From NCBI GenBank assembly GCA_963666515.2, contig OY762897.2, positions 4,448,001 through 4,512,000 of the forward strand: a stretch of 64,000 nt of DNA. The letters are read 5' to 3'. The notes under the pieces are model-generated. The model was not told where the DNA came from. It saw only the letters and a list, made by a program, of their open reading frames with translations, and did no database searches. A program made the position numbers and the translations under genes. Numbering within the stretch: the first letter of the stretch is position 1; each line of letters begins with the position of its first letter. Below are positions 42,764-53,641 of the stretch, one piece after another. This stretch comes from Candidatus Binatia bacterium. GTDB lineage: Bacteria > Desulfobacterota > Binatia > UBA9968 > JAJDTQ01.

Positions 42764-44292
42764 TCATTCCCATTCGATGGTGGCCGGGGGCTTGGACGAG
42801 ACGTCGTAGACCACCCGGTTGATGCCGCGCACCTCGTTGATGATGCGGTTGGAGATGCGGCCGAGCAGGTCCGGGGGCAGCGGGACCCAGTCCGCGGTCA
42901 TGCCGTCCTGGCTTTCCACGGCCCTCACCGCCGCCACGTTCTCGTAGGTCCGCTCGTCGCCCATGACGCCCACGGTGCGGATGGGCAGGAGGACGGCGAA
43001 GGACTGCCAGATGCGTTCGTACAGCCCGGCGTTGCGCACCTCCTCCACCACGATGGCGTCCGCCGCCCGCAGGATCCCTAACCGCTCCTCGGTGACGTCG
43101 CCGAGGATGCGGATGGCGAGGCCCGGCCCCGGGAACGGCTGGCGGTGGATCCACTTGTCCGGCAGGCCCAGCTCCCGGCCCAGTTCGCGGACCTCGTCCT
43201 TGAACAACTCCCGCAGGGGTTCCACCAGCTCGAACTTCATGCTCTTGGGAAGCCCGCCGACGTTGTGGTGGCTCTTGATGAGCGCGGACGGGCCGGCATG
43301 GGGCACCGACTCGATGACGTCGGGATAGAGGGTCCCCTGGCACAGGAACGGGAAGTCGCCGAGCTTGCGGGTCTCGTCCTCGAACACGCGGATGAAGAGG
43401 TTGCCGATGCGCTTGCGCTTCTCCTCCGGGTCCTCCACTCCCTCCAGCACGTCCAGGAACCGCGGGGACGCGTCCACGTATCGGAAGCCTTCACCGAAGC
43501 GTTGCCCCATGACCTGGGACACCGCTTCCGCCTCCCCCTGCCGCAGCAGCCCGTTGTTGACGAAGACGCATACCAGCCGGTCGCCGACGGCGCGGTGCAC
43601 CAGGGTGGCGGCCACCGACGAGTCGACGCCGCCGCTCAGCCCGCACAGCACGCGCGCGTCGCCCACCTTCCGGCGGATCTTCTCCACCGCGGCCGTGGCG
43701 AAATGCTCCATGTCCCAGTCCGCGGCGCACCGGCAGACGCGGAACAGGAAGTTCTCCAGGATGGTCCGTCCGTTCCGGGTGTGCACCACCTCGGGATGGA
43801 ACTGGAGGCCGTAGAACCGCCGCCGCCCGTCGGTGAAGGCGGCGATGGGGGAGTTGCCCGTATGGGCGATCACCGACCAGCCGTCGGGCAGGGACGTCAT
43901 CCGGTCGCCGTGGCTCATCCACACGCCCTGGCCGCCGTCCGGATCGAGCCCGGCGAACAGGTCCGTGGCGTCGTCGATGGTGAGGTCGGCGAGCCCGTAT
44001 TCCCGCTCGGCGGCCTCGGCCACGCCGCCCCCCATGGCCTGGTTGATGATGCCCATGCCGTAGCAGATGCCCAGGAAGGGCGCGGGCAGGCGGAACAGCT
44101 CCGGGCCCACAGTGGGCGCGCCGCGGCTGTAGACGCTGGCCGGGCCGCCGGACAGGATGACGCCGGCGGGCTCCAGCCGCGCCAGCCGTTCCACGGGGGT
44201 GTCGAAGGGGTGTATCTCGCAGTAGACGCGCGCTTCGCGGACGCGGCGCGCGATGAGCTGGGTGTACTGCGATCCGAAGTCCAGGATGACGA

Positions 44293-44296
<4 letters not shown>
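42764..44296 (-). CDS. guaA: GMP synthase
   Basis: LDFGSQY, GICYG, QFHPEV, SGGVDS and KPPATIEWE motifs. Confidence 0.97.
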
Positions 44297-45759
<1,463 letters not shown>

Positions 45760-45780
45760 CCTTCACCTCGAAGCGAACGG

Positions 45781-45889
45781 CGCTGAAACGGCACAAAAAA
45801 AGCCCAGACTTCCGCCTGGGCTTCCCGGTCATTTCAGCGTCAACATGTTGTGCATGACACGTCCTAGCAAGATTTCCCGGTGCTTACAA
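45781..45889 (-). promoter_or_regulatory. guaB leader: promoter, 8-codon uORF (45855-45829) and intrinsic terminator (45823-45795)
   Basis: TTGTAA-17-TAGGAC; ATG CAC AAC ATG TTG ACG CTG AAA TGA; AAGCCCAGG-CGGAAG-TCTGGGC followed by T7. Confidence 0.6.
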
Positions 45890-46019
45890 GCCGGTTTCCG
45901 CCGGTCCTGATCCGGCCGAAGAACCCGGTACCTGGAGGTCAATGATTTCAGGTGCTTGCCGTTCTCGTGTCCGGGGCGGGCTTAAGTTCCGGGCCGACCC
46001 GCCGATAAAACAATAGAGC

Positions 46020-47546
46020 ATGCTTGCGAGAATCTACGGGGCGTCGCTTCACGGCATCGACGCGCTCAAGGTGACGGTGGAGGTCGACATCGCGTCGGGC
46101 CTCCCGGAACTGGCCATGGTGGGCCTGCCAGAGGGCGCCGTGCGCGAGAGCAAGGTGCGCGTAAGGGCGGCGTTGAGGAACTGCGGCTACCCGTTCCCGC
46201 CGCAGCGGATCACCATCAACCTCGCACCCGCGGACGTCAAGAAGGAAGGGTCGGGCTACGACCTGCCCATGGCAGTGGGGATCGTAGCCGCCCAGGGCGT
46301 CGTGCAGCCGTCGCGCCTCACCGACTACCTGCTGGTGGGGGAGCTTTCCCTGGACGGCGCGGTCAAGCCCGTGCGCGGCGCGCTGCCCATCGCCGCGGCC
46401 GCGAGGCGGGAGGGGTTGAAGGGCCTGATCCTGCCCCGGGCCAACAGCGCCGAGGCCGCGGTGATCCGGGATATCGACGTGTTCGGCGTGGAGAGCCTCG
46501 CCGAGGTCGTGGAGTTTCTAAATGGCGACCGGGAGATCGAGCTGACCCGGGTCGACCTCGACCGCCTGTTCCGCCGGCACGCCGTCCATGACGCCGATTT
46601 CAGCGACGTCCGCGGGCAGCCGCACGTGAAACGCGCGCTGGAGGTGGCGGCCGCGGGCGGGCACAACGTCCTGCTGATGGGGCCTCCGGGCTCCGGGAAG
46701 ACCATGCTGGCCAAGCGCCTTCCCACCATCCTGCCTGCCCTCACCCTGGCGGAGGCCCTCGAGACCACCAAGATCCACAGCGTGACGGGCGTGCTGGATG
46801 GCCGGGCGCTGGTGGCGGTCAGGCCGTTCCGGGCGCCGCACCATACCATCTCCGACGCCGGGTTGGTGGGCGGCGGCACGGTGCCCAAGCCGGGAGAGGT
46901 GTCCCTGGCCCACAACGGCGTGCTGTTCCTCGACGAGGCGCCGGAGTTCCGCCGCAACGTCCTGGAAGTCCTCCGCCAGCCCCTGGAGGACGGCCGCATC
47001 ACCATCGCCCGGGCCGCCGGCGCCATCGACTACCCGGCTGCGTTCATGCTGGTGGCCGCCCTGAACCCCTGTCCCTGCGGGTTCTTCGCGGACCCGCACA
47101 AGGAATGCCGTTGCACCCCGATGCAGGTCACCCGCTACCGCTCCCGTGTGTCCGGGCCGCTGCTCGACCGCATCGACATCCAGGTGGAAGTGCCTGCGGT
47201 GGCCTACGAGGCGCTGGCGTCCCGGGCGCCGGGCGAGCCCTCCGAGGCCGTCCGGGAGCGGGTCAACCAAGCGAGAAGGGTGCAAGTCGCGCGCTTCGGC
47301 GCGACGGGGATCCACGCCAACGCGCGCATGAGCGCGCGCGACGTCCGGCGCTACTGCGGGGTGGACGCAGCCGGGGAACAACTCCTGGAGACCGCCATCA
47401 ACAGGCTCGGACTGAGCGCCCGCGCCTACGTGCGGATCCTCAAGGTCAGCCGCACCATCGCCGACCTCGCCGGCGCCGACGAGATCCGTCCGCCGCACAT
47501 CGCCGAGGCCATCCAGTACCGCAGCCTCGACCGGCCGCCAGTATAG
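46020..47546 (+). CDS. comM: YifB/ComM Mg-chelatase-like AAA ATPase
   Basis: NLAPAD, GPPGSGKT, PFRAPHH, LFLDE and NPCPCG motifs. Confidence 0.93.
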   Translation: MLARIYGASLHGIDALKVTVEVDIASGLPELAMVGLPEGAVRESKVRVRAALRNCGYPFPPQRITINLAPADVKKEGSGYDLPMAVGIVAAQGVVQPSRLTDYLLVGELSLDGAVKPVRGALPIAAAARREGLKGLILPRANSAEAAVIRDIDVFGVESLAEVVEFLNGDREIELTRVDLDRLFRRHAVHDADFSDVRGQPHVKRALEVAAAGGHNVLLMGPPGSGKTMLAKRLPTILPALTLAEALETTKIHSVTGVLDGRALVAVRPFRAPHHTISDAGLVGGGTVPKPGEVSLAHNGVLFLDEAPEFRRNVLEVLRQPLEDGRITIARAAGAIDYPAAFMLVAALNPCPCGFFADPHKECRCTPMQVTRYRSRVSGPLLDRIDIQVEVPAVAYEALASRAPGEPSEAVRERVNQARRVQVARFGATGIHANARMSARDVRRYCGVDAAGEQLLETAINRLGLSARAYVRILKVSRTIADLAGADEIRPPHIAEAIQYRSLDRPPV

Positions 47547-47595
47547 CCAAAATCTGTCAGAATCTGATATTATTGGATATACGGAGGATGGGTAA

Positions 47596-47850
47596 ATGCC
47601 GAACGTTCACCTTACGGCACCGATGGAAGCCTACGTCAAGGGACAGATCGAATCCGGCGCCTATGCCAACCTGAGCGAGGTGGTGAGGGCGGGGCTCCGG
47701 CTGCTGATGGAACGGGACGGCGCGCGCCAGTTCTACGCGCTGAAGGCTGAGCTTGAGCACGCCGTGCGCGAAGCGGAGGCGGGGGCATTCGACGACTTCG
47801 ATCCTGACGGCTTCGATCCGGAAGCCTACCGCTGGCGTTCCAGGGCATGA
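47596..47850 (+). CDS. ParD-like antitoxin (RHH)
   Basis: SGAYANLSEVVRAGLRLL. Confidence 0.88.
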   Translation: MPNVHLTAPMEAYVKGQIESGAYANLSEVVRAGLRLLMERDGARQFYALKAELEHAVREAEAGAFDDFDPDGFDPEAYRWRSRA

Positions 47851-48164
47851 CCATCCGGCTATCCCGCTTGGCGCGACAGGATATGGAGGAAATCCGCCGG
47901 TACACGCTGGACACTTGGGGCCGCGAACAGTGGGCGAAATACTATCGGGGATTGGTCCGCGCATTCGAGGACATCATGGCCAATCCGGATCGCGGGCGCG
48001 ACCGAAGCCTGTTCGGGGCGGGCATGCGCTCAGTCAACTACGGAAGGCACGTCATCTTCTTTGCACGAATCAAGGCGGCTGGTAACGACCCGGTCATCCT
48101 GCGGATCGTCCATCAGCGCCGCAATATGCCCGCCCTGGTCTACTTCGAGGATCTGGACGGCTGA
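47847..48164 (+). CDS. ParE/RelE-family toxin
   Basis: LSRLARQDMEEI..YT..WG..Q; HVIF; ILRIVHQR; overlaps the antitoxin. Confidence 0.88.
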   Translation: MTIRLSRLARQDMEEIRRYTLDTWGREQWAKYYRGLVRAFEDIMANPDRGRDRSLFGAGMRSVNYGRHVIFFARIKAAGNDPVILRIVHQRRNMPALVYFEDLDG

Positions 48165-48242
48165 GTCCCCCCGTTGGGGGAGGCGATCTCCGACACGTGG
48201 CGTACTCCGTGCCGGAAGGAAGCGGGGAACGACGGCTACGGA

Positions 48243-48470
48243 TCAGCCCGCTTCATCCAGTGCCTGCTGCGGCAATACCGTTTGGGATCCGACAATGACG
48301 GGCTGTTGCACCGCGTTCGGGCCAAAGTCGATCCTGCAACCGGCGAGATCGCCGTCCAGCCTGACCTTGCCGCTGTTGACGAGGTGGATGACGACCGCCT
48401 TCAATTCGTCCGGGGTCGCCGCATGTTCGCCTACCGCGTTGATGACGTCCAGGAGCGTGAGTGACTTCAT
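48243..48470 (-). CDS. Hypothetical 75-aa protein
   Basis: GAGG RBS; MKSLTLLDVINAV...HLVNSGKVRL; lies downstream of a sigma54-type promoter. Confidence 0.65.
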   Translation of the reverse strand: MKSLTLLDVINAVGEHAATPDELKAVVIHLVNSGKVRLDGDLAGCRIDFGPNAVQQPVIVGSQTVLPQQALDEAG

Positions 48471-48514
48471 CGTTGGTTCCTCATTCCAGGGAGATGTTTC
48501 TTCGTCCTTGAGAC

Positions 48515-48635
48515 GCAAACAACGTGCCACTCCCTCCGCCACGCCAAGTTGTTGAAATGACGTGTTTTCCAGGACTCTCCGGCCGTCATGATCGACGGTA
48601 TCGTCGATTCGTGACGTTCTCGTCGACGGTTTCGT
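48515..48635 (-). promoter_or_regulatory. sigma54 promoter with IHF-like site and candidate enhancer repeats
   Basis: TGGCACG-TTGT-TTGC at 48529-48515; TTTCAACAACTTG at 48557-48545; TCGACGGTWTCGT at 48592 and 48623. Confidence 0.65.
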
Positions 48636-48689
48636 GTCGTCCGGTGAGGCGAGCAACGAGCGACGTCGTATTCGGAAGAGCGCGGATGC

Positions 48690-48731
48690 AAAAAACCCCT
48701 CGGTGGCCGGTTACGGCTCGATCCCGAGGGG
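48690..48731 (-). terminator. Intrinsic terminator after etfA
   Basis: CCCCTCGG...CCGAGGGG followed by T6 on the minus strand. Confidence 0.7.
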
Positions 48732-48797
48732 GATTGGCTGATGCGTCAGCAGAACAGCCCAAAACTACTACGGATCGGGACTCGATGTCAACAGGTT

Positions 48798-49760
48798 TTA
48801 CTTGCGCGCCTTGATCTCTTCGATCAACTGGGGGACGACCTTGAAGACGTCGCCCACGATGCCGAGGTCGCACATCTGGAAGATGGGGGCGTCGGCGTCC
48901 TTGTTGACGGCGACGATCATCTTGGAGTCCTTCATGCCCGCCAGGTGCTGCACCGCGCCGGAGATGCCGCAGGCGATGTAGAGGTCGGGCTTGACGGTCT
49001 TGCCGGTCTGGCCGATCTGCAAGGAATAGGGCACCCAGCCCGAGTCCACCACGGCCCGGGTGGCTCCCACGGCCCCGCCCAGAAGGTCCGCCAGCTCCCG
49101 CAGCATGTCGAAGTTTTCTTCCGCGGCCAGCCCGCGTCCGCCGGCGACGATGACGTTGGCGCTGTCGAGTTGTGGACCCTCGGCCTTGGCGGTGACCTTC
49201 TCCTTGAGCCGGACCTTGCGGAGTTCCGCGTCCTCCGGGGGCGCGACCTCCTCCACCACCGGGGTTTTGGGATTCGGCGCGGGCTCGAAGGCCTTGGGCC
49301 GAACCAGCAGCAGCTTGACGTCGTCGTGCACCAGCGTGGCGGTGTTCCAGTAGCTGGCTCCCAAGGCGGGGATCTTCGCCTCGACGGTCCCGTTGGTCAG
49401 GGTGAAGTCGGCCACGTCGGTGATGGCGCCGCAGTCGAGGCTGGCGCTCAGGGCCGCGGCCACGTCCCGGCCGCCGTAGCTCGACGCCAGCAGCACCGCC
49501 GCGGGCTTGTGCTGCCGGATGAGGGACTCCACCACCGCCGCCGCCGGCAGCGTCAGGTAGTCGCGGAAGACCGGGTCCGCCGACCGGTAGACCTTGCCGG
49601 CGCCGTGCCGGCCCAGCAACTCCACCGCGTCGTCGGGAGCCGGACCGAGCAGGATCGCCTCCGCGGCGCCCACCGCGGCGGCCTTCGTCACCATCTCCAG
49701 CGTCGTGGAGGTGACGGCGTCATCCACCACCTCGCCATAGACCCAAATGATATCCGACAT
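48798..49760 (-). CDS. etfA: Electron transfer flavoprotein alpha subunit
   Basis: [19 protein letters not shown] and GISGAVQH motifs. Confidence 0.95.
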   Translation of the reverse strand: MSDIIWVYGEVVDDAVTSTTLEMVTKAAAVGAAEAILLGPAPDDAVELLGRHGAGKVYRSADPVFRDYLTLPAAAVVESLIRQHKPAAVLLASSYGGRDVAAALSASLDCGAITDVADFTLTNGTVEAKIPALGASYWNTATLVHDDVKLLLVRPKAFEPAPNPKTPVVEEVAPPEDAELRKVRLKEKVTAKAEGPQLDSANVIVAGGRGLAAEENFDMLRELADLLGGAVGATRAVVDSGWVPYSLQIGQTGKTVKPDLYIACGISGAVQHLAGMKDSKMIVAVNKDADAPIFQMCDLGIVGDVFKVVPQLIEEIKARK

Positions 49761-50540
49761 CTAAATGACCTTGGCCTCGGCCAGAAAGTCGGCGATGCGC
49801 TTGCCGCCCTCGCCGTCGTCCTCCACCACCTCGCCGACCTCGCGCTTCGGCGGCCTGCCGACCTCCAGCACCTTCTCCCGGGCGCCCTGCTCGCCCACTT
49901 CGTCCGCCGCAAGCCCGAGGTCCTCGACGGACATTTGCAGGATCTCTTTCCGCTTGGCCGCCATGATGCCCTTGAGCTGCGGGTAGCGGGGCTCGTTGAT
50001 GCCGCTGGTGACGGTCACCAGCGCCGGAAGCTCCGCCTCCACCACGTCGTAGCCGGTCTCGCTCTGGCGCTTGATGGACAGGGTCGAGCCCTCCACGGTC
50101 ATCTCGTTGGCGAAGGTCACCGGCGGCACCCCCAGCAGCCGCGCGAGCTGGCCGGGCACGATGCCGGAATAGCTGTCGCTGCTCTCGGTGCCGCAGATGA
50201 TGAGGTCGAAGGGTTTCTTGCGGATGGCCGCGGCCAGCGCCTTGGCGGTCGCCAGGGCGTCCGACCCCGCCAGCGCGTCGTCGAAGATATGCACCGCGGA
50301 GGTGGCCCCCATGGCCAGGGCGGTGCGGATGCCGATGGTGATCTCGTTGAACCCCATGGTCACGAGCGTGACCGTGCCGCCTGCCTTTTCCATCAGCCGC
50401 AGGGCCTCTTCCACGGCGCTGGCCGCGGCCGGGTCCAGCTCGTGGGCGACGCCCTTGCGGATCATCCGCTTGGTGGCGGGATCGATCTCGACGGTGACGG
50501 TGCTGGCAGGGATGATCTTGCCACAGACCACGATGTCCAA
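49761..50540 (-). CDS. etfB: Electron transfer flavoprotein beta subunit
   Basis: AVEEALRL, ALAMGA, DALATA and NEPRY motifs; TTG start. Confidence 0.93.
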   Translation of the reverse strand: MDIVVCGKIIPASTVTVEIDPATKRMIRKGVAHELDPAAASAVEEALRLMEKAGGTVTLVTMGFNEITIGIRTALAMGATSAVHIFDDALAGSDALATAKALAAAIRKKPFDLIICGTESSDSYSGIVPGQLARLLGVPPVTFANEMTVEGSTLSIKRQSETGYDVVEAELPALVTVTSGINEPRYPQLKGIMAAKRKEILQMSVEDLGLAADEVGEQGAREKVLEVGRPPKREVGEVVEDDGEGGKRIADFLAEAKVI

Positions 50541-50635
50541 GGGAGGAACCTCCGGTAAGGGTAGTGGGGCCGGCAGCGCCGGTTATGACGTGGGTTCGAA
50601 GAAGACGGCGGGAGCGGGTCGGGGTTCTGGCGCGG

Positions 50636-50824
50636 TCACTCCAGCCACTCGGAAACCTTCCCCTCCATCACCAGGTCCAGGACCTCCCGGCAGTCCTGGA
50701 GGGCCTGGTCCACGATCTTGTCGTCCTTGATGTTGGGTATTGCCAGATTGACGGCGCCGTGGACCGCGGTGATGCAGTCCTTCAGGTGCTCGTCCAGTTC
50801 GACGGTATTGGGTGCCTGTGTCAT
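50636..50824 (-). CDS. Hypothetical acidic 62-aa helical protein
   Basis: Short ORF with RBS between the diiron gene and etfB; normal codon usage. Confidence 0.6.
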   Translation of the reverse strand: MTQAPNTVELDEHLKDCITAVHGAVNLAIPNIKDDKIVDQALQDCREVLDLVMEGKVSEWLE

Positions 50825-50837
50825 TTCCTGTACAGCC

Positions 50838-51560
50838 TCAGGTGTAGAGCCGTCCCTCGTTGGGGTCGGGGATCTCGAGTCCCATGTCCGTGATGAGAGC
50901 GTTGATCTCGGCGGTGTACTCCTCCCGCTGCTGGCGGTTGGTGCGCCTCTTGAGCCCCCAGTAGCGGTAGCGCTCGGAGCGTTTCGAGTCGGACTTCCCG
51001 AACATGTCCAGACCCTTGACGTACCAATAGTTGACGGATTTCTGGACGCGTTCCTTGGACTCGTCTCCTTTTTCAGCCATCTCCCGGGTCAGGTTGGTGC
51101 CGAAGGCGATGTGGGCCGACTCCTCCAGCTCCATGGTGGGAAGGATCTCCGCGAGAGGGGTGTAGCTGCAGTCCTCGAACTCCTCGAGCTGGAAGCGGCC
51201 CACCCGGTCGATCAGGAAGCCGAAGACCGCGAAGTCTTCCCAGGTGGTGATCTTGCCGCGGAAGGCCTCCACGTAACGCTTCTGGTTGGGCCAGTTCAGC
51301 ACGTACGACACGTCCTCGCCGATGTCCCCTGCCAGACGAGCCATCTTCCGGTAGTGGTCCACCTCCTCGGCCGCGGTCCGCGCCACCACGAGCTGGTACA
51401 GTTTCGTCGGCGCGTTGGGGAGCATGTCCTCGATGTAGAGATGCGGCCCCCCGATCTCGCAGTCGCACTGGATCGCGAGAACCCGCTTCAGCAGATCCTG
51501 GTACTCCGGATCCATCTTTTCGAAATCTTTCAACTCGACCTTGTCGGTGAACATGGGCAT
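50838..51560 (-). CDS. Ferritin-like diiron protein, PaaA/PaaC (ring epoxidase subunit) family
   Basis: DCEIGG, NAPT, EEVDH, DRVG..QL, SYTPL, EESAH..FG and LDMFG motifs. Confidence 0.8.
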   Translation of the reverse strand: MPMFTDKVELKDFEKMDPEYQDLLKRVLAIQCDCEIGGPHLYIEDMLPNAPTKLYQLVVARTAAEEVDHYRKMARLAGDIGEDVSYVLNWPNQKRYVEAFRGKITTWEDFAVFGFLIDRVGRFQLEEFEDCSYTPLAEILPTMELEESAHIAFGTNLTREMAEKGDESKERVQKSVNYWYVKGLDMFGKSDSKRSERYRYWGLKRRTNRQQREEYTAEINALITDMGLEIPDPNEGRLYT

Positions 51561-51702
51561 GTCTCCTTGGTGAAATACCAACTGAATTCCGGTTAGCATG
51601 GGGCTACGCCGAACGCAAGCGGAAGTGGGGAGAAGGCTTTACTCGCGGATGGCCGCGTCATAAACTGACCTCTGTACACGGTACCAGGGGTATAGGGGAG
51701 AG

Positions 51703-52356
51703 ATGTCGGACAACGTGCTCAGCAGTGTGACGGTGCCGAAGAACTCCGGCCGCGCCTTCACGGTGAGAACTGGCCAGTGCATCCGGGTGGCAGGCCGGTC
51801 GATTGTGGATTTGGTCGCCTTCAACCTGCATGACCTGACCGAGCGGTTCGATCAGGCCAGGACCAAGACCAACCAGTGCAAGATCTTCATCAGCACCGGC
51901 GATCAGCTCCTGTCGAAGGACAACAATCCGATGCTGACCATTGTGGCGGACACGTTCGAGGAAGGGCGGCACGACCTGCAGAAGGGCATGTGCAGCCGCA
52001 AGCGGTTCGAGCTGGTGGCCGCGGGACTGTCCCGGCGGATATTCATCGAGGGGGTGGACCCCAACCCGAAGAAGCCGGAGGACCTTCCCACACACGGGTG
52101 CTATGAGAACCTGTCCGAGGCCGTCCGTCCGTGGGACATCGCCCCGGTGGACGTCCCCAGCCCGTTCAACATCTTTCAGACCATGCGCATCGATCCTGAC
52201 ACGGGCGCCCTGCTCGACACCTTCATCCGCCCGAAGGATGAGGCCCACGTGGACTTTCGCGCGGAAATGGACTGTCTGGTGGCGGTCAGCGCCTGTCCGG
52301 AGTCCGGGCGGGGGCAGGCGATTCGTGTGGAGATATTCGAACCGGAGGGCGGATGA
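51703..52356 (+). CDS. DUF1989 (urea carboxylase-associated family) protein
   Basis: DLVAFN, HDL...MC, HGCYENL, PFNIF and AEMDCLVAVSACP motifs. Confidence 0.88.
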   Translation: MSDNVLSSVTVPKNSGRAFTVRTGQCIRVAGRSIVDLVAFNLHDLTERFDQARTKTNQCKIFISTGDQLLSKDNNPMLTIVADTFEEGRHDLQKGMCSRKRFELVAAGLSRRIFIEGVDPNPKKPEDLPTHGCYENLSEAVRPWDIAPVDVPSPFNIFQTMRIDPDTGALLDTFIRPKDEAHVDFRAEMDCLVAVSACPESGRGQAIRVEIFEPEGG

Positions 52357-53555
52357 CCATGGATGTGCGCGAAGCCTTCCACGTGGCCGATGAGCACGTC
52401 GATAATGCCGAGCTGGACGCGCTGTTCACCGAATTGCTGCGGGTCCCGTCGGAGCACACGGAGCGCATGGAGTCCGATCCGGCGGTGACGGCGTTCATCG
52501 CCGACGTAGTGGCGCCGAGGCTCCAAGCCCTCACCGGCGTGGCGCCGCGGACCGACGGCATGGGCAACCTGCGCTGGGAGCACGGCGGCGCAACGTCGGA
52601 TCCGGCGGAGGGACTGCTCTTCATGGGCTATGCCATGACCTACCCGGCGAGCACCATGCCGGAGCCGTTCTCGGGAAAGGTCGTGACCGGGGAGCCCCAC
52701 GGGCTCGAGGGACCGTGCGTGTGGGGCCGGGGCGGTTGCGAGCAGAAGGCCGCGCTGGCAGCCATGCTGGCGGCCGCGGCCGCGATAACGCGGTCGGGCC
52801 GGGAGTTGACGCGGCCGCTTTCGCTCGCCGTGAGCACGGCTGGCGAGACCGGGCGGCACGACGCAGCCCGGCACATGCTGGAGCAGGACGGGCTGGCGGC
52901 CCGTTACGGCATCGTCGGGCTGGGCACTACAAACCGGGTCTGTCTCGGCAACAAGGGCCGCATCGATGTGGAGGTGGTGGTGCACGGCAAGTCCTGCCAC
53001 AGCAGCACGCCGTGGGCCGGGGTCAACGCGGTGGACGGCGCCCGCGCGGTGCTGGAGCGCCTGGACGGTCTGGTGGACGGCCTCTCCCACCCGGAGTTAG
53101 GGGAGGCGAGCCTGGTGGCCACCCACATCGAGAGCGGCCCCGACATCCTGCACACCATCCAGGACCGCTGCCGACTGACGCTGGATCGGCGTCTACTGCC
53201 GGGCGATGACCCCGGTGAAGCGCTGGCCGCGATCACCAGGGCCCTAGCCGACCTTGAGCCCTGGGAGGTGGAGGTCACTCAGGGCAACTTCATGTATCCC
53301 GCGGAGGTTTCGGAAGAAAGCGCGGTGGCGGCGGCTCTGGAGGCGGCGCGCGGGCAGGCAAGGGAGACCGGTCCGCCGCTCTGGTTCCCCGCGGCGCTGG
53401 ACGCGGGCTACCTGAACGAGAAGGGCATCGAGACCGTCATGTTCGGCCCGGGAGACCTGGCCTTCGCTCATACCGACGCCGAGGTGGTGCCGCTGGAGCA
53501 GGTGCGCCGGGCGGCCCGGGTGTACGCCGCCGCGGCGCTGCAACTGCTTGCGTGA
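52353..53555 (+). CDS. M20/ArgE-DapE-fold hydrolase with atypical metal site
   Basis: WGRG, GKSCHSSTPWAGVNA, DRRLLPG and FGPG..AH..E motifs. Confidence 0.8.
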   Translation: MTMDVREAFHVADEHVDNAELDALFTELLRVPSEHTERMESDPAVTAFIADVVAPRLQALTGVAPRTDGMGNLRWEHGGATSDPAEGLLFMGYAMTYPASTMPEPFSGKVVTGEPHGLEGPCVWGRGGCEQKAALAAMLAAAAAITRSGRELTRPLSLAVSTAGETGRHDAARHMLEQDGLAARYGIVGLGTTNRVCLGNKGRIDVEVVVHGKSCHSSTPWAGVNAVDGARAVLERLDGLVDGLSHPELGEASLVATHIESGPDILHTIQDRCRLTLDRRLLPGDDPGEALAAITRALADLEPWEVEVTQGNFMYPAEVSEESAVAAALEAARGQARETGPPLWFPAALDAGYLNEKGIETVMFGPGDLAFAHTDAEVVPLEQVRRAARVYAAAALQLLA

Positions 53556-53597
53556 AAGGGACCCTCCCGATGTCCCGCGACATCGAGAGGGTCCCTT
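53556..53597. terminator. Long hairpin between convergent genes
   Basis: AAGGGACCCTC.CGATGTC-CCGC-GACATCG.GAGGGTCCCTT. Confidence 0.65.
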
Positions 53598-53641
53598 CCT
53601 CGCATTTGGTGACGGCGCGAGCCGTCGATCCTGCTTCTATC

